Shown piece after piece: positions 54,996-64,000 of a stretch of 64,000 bases of DNA. Source of the DNA: Octopus sinensis (Eukaryota); NCBI RefSeq assembly GCF_006345805.1, contig NC_042998.1, positions 173,166,001-173,230,000 of the forward strand, written 5' to 3'. The translations under genes were made by a program, and so were the position numbers. The notes under the pieces were generated by a model. The model was not told where the DNA came from. It saw nothing but the letters and a program-made list of their open reading frames with translations, and ran no database searches. Position 1 is the first letter of the stretch. Every line of letters starts with the position of its first letter.

Positions 54996-56786
54996 GTTAT
55001 TGTTATTATTATTATTCAGGTCACTGCCTGCAATTCAACTCGGAATCTGAGGGTTAGTAACCCACGCTCTTAACCACTATGCCATATGCAGTGTTCTCGT
55101 TCATTTTAGCATGCTCTGTGAGTTTGGCTATCAACATTACACAGAAGAACATTATATTTGGCTTCCAGACGGAATTTCTCATCATAACTGCTACACAAAA
55201 TCCCTAAATAAGTTTGAGAATGGACTCAGTGAAGGTGATACTTGTGATACAACTCATGTACTAAATTCGTCGTTCTGAGTAAATCGAATCTAATGGGAAT
55301 AATATGATCTCAGAATATTATACTCGGTTTTCACTTCCAAACACTATTGAAATGTTGGCGCTAATTAATAGACTAATTGCACAACCAAGAACAAAGAATC
55401 GTGTGTTCAAACTTATATTCAAGAACAATGCAGAACTAAGACAACTAAATGAAAGCAAACCCTTCTGTCTTTGTTCGACTGTTTCCTTGTTGCTCTCTGA
55501 ATCTATGATACCGTAACAAATCTACTAACAAGAAACCACAAATGTCCAAATTCATATTCTCAGAAATTAGTTCCCATCGACATGATTGAGAACAGATCGA
55601 AACCCATCTTCGAAAAGAAGATAGATTTAATTTTTCCGATTAGCTCAACATAAAGAAGAAACGCAAGTTTTGTTGTAGAAAAGTTTGACTGAGCTGTGTT
55701 TTTCGGTTGTTCGTTTCTGTTCATTAATTGACATGTAAGTGGCTGAGCATTTTACAGACAGATGTATAATCGCAGAATCAGCATGGCGTACCGAATGATA
55801 GGCTCTACCTTTAGAATTACAGATACAATGCACTCGGTGGGACTTCTGTACAGTTTTCACTCACAAGGTATGGTTCAATCCCAAACAATAGCATGTGACA
55901 CTGGAGCGAGAAACTAAACAGCATAGCTGGATCATTGACTTCGCTTCTTAAAGTACAGTGCACTTACTGTAGAGGTTTACTGTTGGTTTTGTAATAGTAT
56001 TCTCTCTGCAATCTTTAGACATGCCTAAATGATCTTTTCTTAGGGAATGGGAAAATACAATTTTCAATCCATTTGTTTGGCTTTTGATTGTATTTACAAA
56101 GCAGAAGGTATTATTCAGTGTTTCTATCTTCCAAACTTCAAGTGGTACATTATGAAAGTCAGCTGCGTTCCTGTGTTTTTTTACTACTCCAGTGAGTTCA
56201 TATAATACGTTATCACTGTTTGTTCTATTGAAAACTAAAAACTAAAAAAAAAAAAGAGCGATAAAGAAAAACTTTTAGAGGATTACCGTGAATGTACTGG
56301 AAATATTTCTTCCACTTGTTTAGTCTTTGCAGTAGAATTGTCGGTTTTAGTTTGGACTTATTCGTATTTGCCATGCCAGAGAGGATTGTCAGTTTGCTGT
56401 TGTATGCACAATCAAATCCATTTTGCTTTCAAAATATTTTCAGAAATATTTGTGATCAATATAAACAATATTGTATTTAGGTACCGTAATGCATTTATGA
56501 CTAGAGAAGAAATGTGTTACGTGGAGAAGGAGAAGAATTCTTTCATAGACTTTCGTAAGAGTAAAAAAAAAAATTAGAAAATACATACGTAAATTTTTTT
56601 CTTTTAATGTGTATTTTAGATCTTAACTCTAATTTTTGTAACAATATTCCCTCGATCTGAAAATATAAAAAAGAAAATATATACAAGTATGAGTGTACAT
56701 AAATACATATATGCAATTACTGGAAAGAACAACAGACAGCATATTTCTAGTGGAGACAGAAGTGAGGAGGCAATATACACGACACA

Positions 56787-56840
<54 letters not shown>

Positions 56841-56977
56841 CACACATACACGCGCTCACAAATGTGTGTTGTCTATATACATACACAAATTCACACACTC
56901 ACATATACGTATATACATATATATATACATACATATACATATATATATTTATTTATTTACACACACATACACATATA

Positions 56978-57013
<36 letters not shown>

Positions 57014-57148
57014 TGTATGTATGTATGTATGTATGTATGCATGCATGCATGTATGTATGTATATGATATTAAAAATATCCAATACAATGAAATTCCCAAA
57101 TAGTGAAAACGAAAGAAAAAAAATCAATGAAATTATATGCAAACGAGA

Positions 57149-57224
<76 letters not shown>

Positions 57225-58605
57225 ATATATATATTTTACTTTGTATATCGGTGATAAAATTCGTTTATGAAAATTCAGAGAATGAGCTAGCTCAAATAAC
57301 TCATCAGTTATTTTCTGAGGAACTAACACTGGAATGAAGAGGCTATAGTTTACGCGGAATGGTTGTGTTTAATGAAACAATTTGCGTGGATTAAGAAGTT
57401 TAGCCAGGAAAGGTTATTATTTAAATGTCCAACATCTCTTTCTTTACTTTGAGTGTAAAAGACTATCTCTCCGAATGATTTAAGCTGGAGGAAACGTTTG
57501 TATAAACGTGAACTTTAATGCAGATATTCAGTTTACGATTGGATCAACCGATGTAAGATACCTCATGTTTATTATAAATGATACAGTACAGTACAGCCGT
57601 CCACATTATTAATGAACCCGTTTACTAACGAGTAAATGTTGTCGTGAGCCGATCCTTGTCCACACCGGTATTCCTTAAGGAACTTCCGGTGTGCCCCTGC
57701 TGAATATCCATTCCCGCCTATCCGGGTCACTTGACAAAATGTGGCAGTTCAATAATTAAAGTGAGGCAGTTTTAAGCAGGAAATATCTTTTGGGTAATAC
57801 AAGTAAGCCAATGTCTAGTAAATTTTTTTGTGTAACTTTTGACTATTAGTATCGTTTGGCACGTCAAATTCCAGCTTGCTCTGCTGGTATAAACATACGA
57901 GTTTACTTCATGCGCCGGTAGTATTGGCTTTGATAAATAGCGCTGATGTGTAGTGTACAATACACCCCAGCAGGCAGTTCTGTAGTATTAGTACTAACGG
58001 ATTTGTTCTCTGTGATTTTGAGTGGAAAATATCGAGCAGAAAGGAAGAAGAAGAAAGAAGATGGTGGAGGGAGGGACTGAGAAAGGTGAGAGGGCGAATG
58101 AGACAGTGACAAAAAGAGAGAAAAAATGTAGTGCCATCGGGATGTTCTGTGACAAAGTCAATGCTTGTGGACCTTGTTAAGTACATGATGCATGCTAATG
58201 GGCTTATCATCAATGAACACGAGAATGTGACTTATATGTATCAAGGATATGCAGGAAGAGCAGGTGCTCTTCAACTATTCCTTATATGTAACGGCTAATA
58301 ACCTCTTAAGTAGCTTTTATGTATAAGCATATATGTATATGCTTTTATGTGTGCGTTTGCGTGTATCTGTGTGTATTTGTATGTATACACTTGGGCGCTC
58401 ACACACACACACATCTAGGTATATGCAAATATTTAAATGCACAAGCACATGCAAACACGCACACACACTCACATATACGTAGATAGATTAATAGATAGAG
58501 AGATTGATTGAACACAACGCGTCGCCCGGTCCAGGAATCGAAGCCACAATCATACGATCACTAAGCCACGCACCTCCATATTATATACATATCATATATA
58601 TATAT

Positions 58606-58656
<51 letters not shown>

Positions 58657-58680
58657 CTCTCCTTGTTTCTTTTCTGTGTA

Positions 58681-58718
58681 TCTTTCTGTCGAAGAGCGTA
58701 GGCTCGAAACGTAAAAGA
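58681..58718 (+). ncRNA. Minimal hammerhead motif with an A6U substitution, in a short pLTR-like fragment (~58650-58820)
   Basis: TCTTT-CTGTCGA-A-GAGC-gtag-GCTC-GAA-ACGT-A-AAAGA; stems I and II pair perfectly. Confidence 0.65.
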
Positions 58719-58815
58719 CTTGTTCTATTTCTATTCTTGAGCGCCATACTAATACCTTTGTTTGTTTGTACTCCACCTGCCTTCATCTTTTGTTTATTTT
58801 CGTAAACCTTCCCGT

Positions 58816-58861
<46 letters not shown>

Positions 58862-58894
58862 TATATATATATATTATATATATAATATATATAT

Positions 58895-58930
<36 letters not shown>

Positions 58931-58941
58931 CACATACATAT

Positions 58942-58986
<45 letters not shown>

Positions 58987-59014
58987 ATATATATATAATA
59001 TGTATATAATATGT

Positions 59015-59265
59015 ATGTGGAGGTGCGCGGCTTAGTGGTTAGGGCGTCAGCATCGTGATCGTATGATTGTGGTTTCGATTCCTGGACCGGGCGACGAGTT
59101 GTGTTCTTGAGCAAAACACTTCATTTCACGTTGCTCCAGTCCACTCAGCTGGCAAAAATGAGTAACGCTGCGATGGACTAGCGTCTCGTCCAGCTGGGAA
59201 ACACATACACCATAGAAACCGGGAAACCGGGCCCATGAGCCTGGCTACGCTTTAAAAGGGCACAT
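59015..59265 (+). mobile_element. tRNA-derived SINE; inverted partial head at ~58507-58580
   Basis: ggaggtgcgcggcttagtggttagggcg...ggtttcgattcctggaccggg. Confidence 0.85.
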
Positions 59266-59374
59266 TTATTTATTTTTTTGTTATATAATATGTATATGTA
59301 TGTGCATATATATTTATGATATTTATGTATATGTATATGTATGTATACATATACATTATGTACATGCATACATA

Positions 59375-59775
59375 GGAGTGGCTGTGTGGTAAGTAGCTTG
59401 CTTACCAACCACATGGTTCTGGGTTCAGTCCCACGGCGTGGCATCTTGGGCAAGTGTCTTCTGCTATAGCTCCAGGCCGACCAATGCCTTGTGAGTGCAT
59501 TTGGTAGACGGAAACTGAAAGAAGCCTGTCGTATACATGTATCTGTATATGTATGTGTGTGTGTGTTTGTGTTTGTCCCCCTAGCATTGCTTGACAACCG
59601 ATGCTGGTGTGTTTACAACCCCGTCACTTAGCGGTTCGGCAAAAGAGACCGATAGAATAAGTACTGGGCTTACAAAGAATAAGTCCCGGGGTTGATTTGC
59701 TCGACTAAAGGCGGTGCTCCAGCATGGCCTGCAGTCAAATGACTGAAACAAGTAAAAGAGTAAAAGAGTAAAGAG
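59375..59775 (+). mobile_element. Bipartite SINE; further partial copies at ~21260-21440, 28935-29230, 29640-29798, 61812-61965, 62385-62545
   Basis: Head, core, internal (TA/TG)n, then a tail ending in (gtaaaaga)n. Confidence 0.92.
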
Positions 59776-60944
59776 TATACAAATATATAAAAGGGGAGAC
59801 AGAGAGGAGAGGCACATCTTTATGTCTGTGCGGGTCTCGGATATTTATCTCTATTATTAATAACCCAGTGTCTCCAATAGTTAAACAAACACACGCACAC
59901 CCTCTTTAACCTCCACAGCAGATATTTCTCATTGATTTACTCGTTCTGTTTTTCTCCTAGGGAGCCAGGAAGATACAGAATCAATTAGATTTCACTCTCT
60001 CTCCCTCTCTCTCCCATTCTCTCACTCTCTTTATCTATCCTTTTCTTTTTCGCTTTTTATCCCTTCTTATATGAGAGCATTAGGCTGTATATGTAGTACA
60101 TATATCAGTGTTTATGTTTCACCAACTCTCACAAAATAATGTCTCTCTCTACAACTATATTTCCTTTTTCTACATACACTCGCATACACACACTCAGTCA
60201 CACACAAACAGACATACACACATTCTACATGTTCTCTCTCTCTCTCTCTTTCTCTTTCTCCCTCAGTCGTTGTCTCTACCTTTCTCACTCTATATCTCTA
60301 TTTTACTCTCTCCTTCTTTCTGTTTTGTATTGTCTCATCCTACTAACGTATTTATTTATTTTCTCGCTCTCTCACACGCACTCACACACACACACACGCA
60401 CACACACACAACACACACACACACACTCTCTCTCTTTTTATTTGTATTGCCTCACCTTCCTCTTCTCTCTTTTACTTTCTCTTTCTTTCTCTCTTTCTTT
60501 CTCTCATCTCATTTTCCTCACATTATTCCCACACTTCTCGCACTCTACAAGTCTCATTAAATTCTCATTAAACTAAAAAACATCAATTTTTACTGCAATC
60601 CTACCGCACCTTTTTTCCAGTTGTGTTTCTTTATTTCTTCCGTTATAGGGCTACTTCAATATCATCTGCTACAAGTTAACCAGTATATGCCATTCAGTAT
60701 ATTCTTCCCATCCCCCTACTACCACTTGCACCTCATCTCATTCTCCTACAATCAATCTTTCACACTACTATTATAGCTTACGCTACTATTCCTTTAATAC
60801 TGATGTATGGCTATGAATACCTGGCTGTTGAGTTACAAGTTATTTGGCATTTTGTTTCACGCTCCCATTTCTAGAAAGTAAACCGCGCCAGTTATGAGGT
60901 TAAAGTCAGTTAGTGTGTGTATACTTATATATAATATATATATG

Positions 60945-61032
<88 letters not shown>

Positions 61033-61973
61033 CATATATATACGTGTGCGTATATATATATATATATATATGATATATATATATATATATATATAATATA
61101 TATATATATAATCTATATATATAATATAATATAATATAAATAATATATAAATATATGTATATATACATGCATATATGGGTACAGGACATTAAAAAATGTT
61201 GAACACAATGAGAAACGAAAACATAAAAACAAAAACATAGAAACAAACTTTTTTTCGAACAACGAAAAAAAAACAAGAGAAACGAGATATGCAACATAAA
61301 GAATATTCCCCTTCTTCGGTTGTCCCTGTTTCAACTATTCCACGTCTCGAAGGCAAAGACAAGAGGCGACTTCGTTGAAACAGTCCTTCCCGCAAAGCAA
61401 ATTAAATTAAATTTGGGATTTTTTGCGGAGGGTGAAAATGGTAACAAGAATAAGACAGTGAGAACAAAACAGTAAAAACAAACGGTGAGGGTTTTTAAGC
61501 TGAGACGATAGAAAAATTATTCTGAATGCGAGGTAGACGAGCTTATGAAGGAGACAGAATAGCACGTTTGTTTTTCTTTCCGAAGGTTGTGGGCAGAAAG
61601 ACAGATTATCTTTCGTTACGTGTCAGCGACGAGGGAGTCGAGTTACGCTAAGAAACGATGAAGTGTACCAGAGTTTTCTATTCTAGTTAAATCGTTGTCA
61701 GAGTATCCTAATAAGTGAAGTCAAGACTGATTAGATTGTAGTGGAACAACTTCTTTATAGATAGATAGATAGATAGATAGATAGTACATACATACATGCA
61801 TACATACATAGGCGGAGAAATGGCTGTGTGGTAAGTAGCTTGCTTCCCAACCACATGGTTCCGGATCCAGTCCCACTGCATGGCAACATGGACAAGTGTC
61901 TTCTACTATAGCCTCGGCCCGATCAAAACCTTGTAAGTGGATTTGGTAGTTGGTATTTGGTAAACGCACCAAC

Positions 61974-62019
<46 letters not shown>

Positions 62020-62022
<3 letters not shown>

Positions 62023-62225
62023 ACTCTATTGAATGCATATCACAATTATGAACTACTACATCATACTCTTTAAACATATAGCATGGACTCGCTTTACTAT
62101 ATATGAATTTTTTATGTTTGACTCTATTGAATATTATATATGAATTTTTTATATTTGACTCTGTTGAATATATGTCACAATTATGAACTATTACATCATA
62201 CTCTTTAAACATATAGCATGAACTA
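62020..62225 (+). repeat. Local tandem duplication (long-short-long units starting ttgactct)
   Basis: cacaattatgaacta..acatcatactctttaaacatatagcatg occurs twice. Confidence 0.85.
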
Positions 62226-62586
62226 TCTTTTTTATATATAATTTTTTTGATAAGGTTCGTCATTTCAAGAACCGAAACAGTTAAATAAATAATGTATATA
62301 AAAAATTAAAATTTGTCTAATATAGCAGCATTTTCAAACTTCATTTTTTATTAAATATATATATATATATATATATATACGTTGGTGCGTTACGTCCTCG
62401 TCATCTAGCGGTTCGGCAAAAGAGATCGGTTCAATCAGTTCTAGGCTTACAAAGAATAAGTCCCGAGGTCGATTTGTTCAACTAAAGATCGTCCTCCTGC
62501 ATGGCCACAGTCAAATATCTGAAACAAGTAAAAGAATAAAAGAATACACACATACATATGCATATACTTATATATATAGGAATGTA

Positions 62587-62688
<102 letters not shown>

Positions 62689-62793
62689 GATATATAACGA
62701 GGGAGATTTAAATTGAATATTAATTTAATTAATATCAATTTAAAACCAGTAGCCTAGCATATATAAAAAATCTGAAAAATCAGAAACATTTCA

Positions 62794-63179
62794 ATACATG
62801 CGTTTATTTAGGGATTACCACTAGGTGGATAACCAATATGCTAGAAGAAGATCAAATACAATCTAACTACAAAGAAAAGAATGTTCTCTAGAGAAATTCC
62901 GGAAACGCCAGAACATAAACGGGCAAGACAGCTGGGAATATATAAAAATCAAGAATTAATCGTATGCAGTTTCGTCTTTTACCAATAAATTACTTACGTA
63001 AATGTTTCGTCCGCAGACTCTTTAGTACGATCTTTCCAATTCAATATAATTTGTAAAACTGTTTGCTGAATTTCTCTAGAGAACAGAGAACATTCTTTTC
63101 TTTGTAGTTAGATCGTATTTGATCTTTTTCTAGCATATTGTTTATCCACCTAGTGGTTATCCCTAAATAACACATGTAT
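62794..63179. mobile_element. Fold-back/MITE-like element, ~105-bp arms
   Basis: 62794-62899 is the reverse complement of 63068-63179. The right arm carries a 7-bp duplication (agagaac). Confidence 0.85.
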
Positions 63180-63230
63180 ATATATATATATTATATATAT
63201 ATATAGATATATATATATATATATATATAT

Positions 63231-63279
<49 letters not shown>

Positions 63280-63649
63280 TAGATAGATAGATAGATAGAA
63301 GATAGATAGATAGATAGATAGATAGATATATGCATTTATGTTTCTTTTCTGTGTGTATTCTACTGACAAGGCAAAGCATTCCTAAATGCAAAGTCAGGTA
63401 TCCGGGATCTAGAATTATCCAGTAATTTTTTTACTAGCTTCATCTTGTCTCTTTGTTTTCTCTCCGTGTTTGCGATATGGAAAATTAAGGTGGTTTTAGA
63501 GTCAGATCATGGCTGCTATTTTCAGCATGGTGTTATCTCGTAGATAGCCTAATTTATAATTTTACTAATTATTACCTTTGAAGGTTATTTTTTGCATGCT
63601 GGCCACTTGATAAAATCATTATTTTATTTTAAATTAACAATCTTATCCT

Positions 63650-63717
<68 letters not shown>

Positions 63718-63723
63718 TGCGTG

Positions 63724-63754
<31 letters not shown>

Positions 63755-64000
63755 AGAGATGATGGTGTCATTGAGATCCAAAGGTTTCAGGTAATGTTGA
63801 ATAAGTGCTATAGACAGACCATAGTTAAGTTCCAGACTCGGTAATTTTGCCAAAAAGGGGTTCAATGATGATTCTATGTCAGCGTGTGTATATAAGAATT
63901 TTTTGCTTAATAAGATAAAAAAAAACCAAGGCTGTGTAGATATTAGAGCATTTATAGATAGAAGGTCTTACAGCTGTTTCTAGGATATTTATTAATTATA

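Noticed and set aside
55110-55278. 55-codon ORF MLCEFGYQHY... after a ttttag acceptor-like site, and a strong acceptor-like site at ~59960
   Set aside because: No recognisable homology or convincing paired donor. It cannot be distinguished from chance without RNA-seq.

Overview
Repeat-dense eukaryotic DNA, most likely an octopus (cephalopod) genome. That is an inference from the tRNA-derived SINE families and the very high TA/CA/TAGA/TAA microsatellite density. I cannot support any intact host protein-coding gene, tRNA/rRNA gene or CRISPR array. The window is a nested stack of transposable elements: (1) a near-complete Penelope-like element (PLE; RT plus GIY-YIG) at 21.5-27.2 kb in the typical partial-tandem pseudo-LTR arrangement, plus at least three other PLE remnants; (2) restriction-like-endonuclease non-LTR elements (R4/Dong-like), including four inserts stacked in one (TAA)n locus at 46.7-55.0 kb; (3) CR1-group and RTE LINE remnants; (4) a 1.6-kb element carrying only a gag-like ORF1, inserted with a 15-bp TSD into a SINE head; (5) two mariner remnants, a Helitron 3' end, several fold-back/MITE elements and many SINEs. 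The most striking unexplained layer is RNA structure. The window holds a series of minimal type I hammerhead-ribozyme motifs. The best one occurs twice in the PLE pseudo-LTRs and has a compensated U3-A8 catalytic core (UUGAAAA instead of CUGANGA). All alignments, folds and translations outside the ORF track were done by eye; most element boundaries are approximate.
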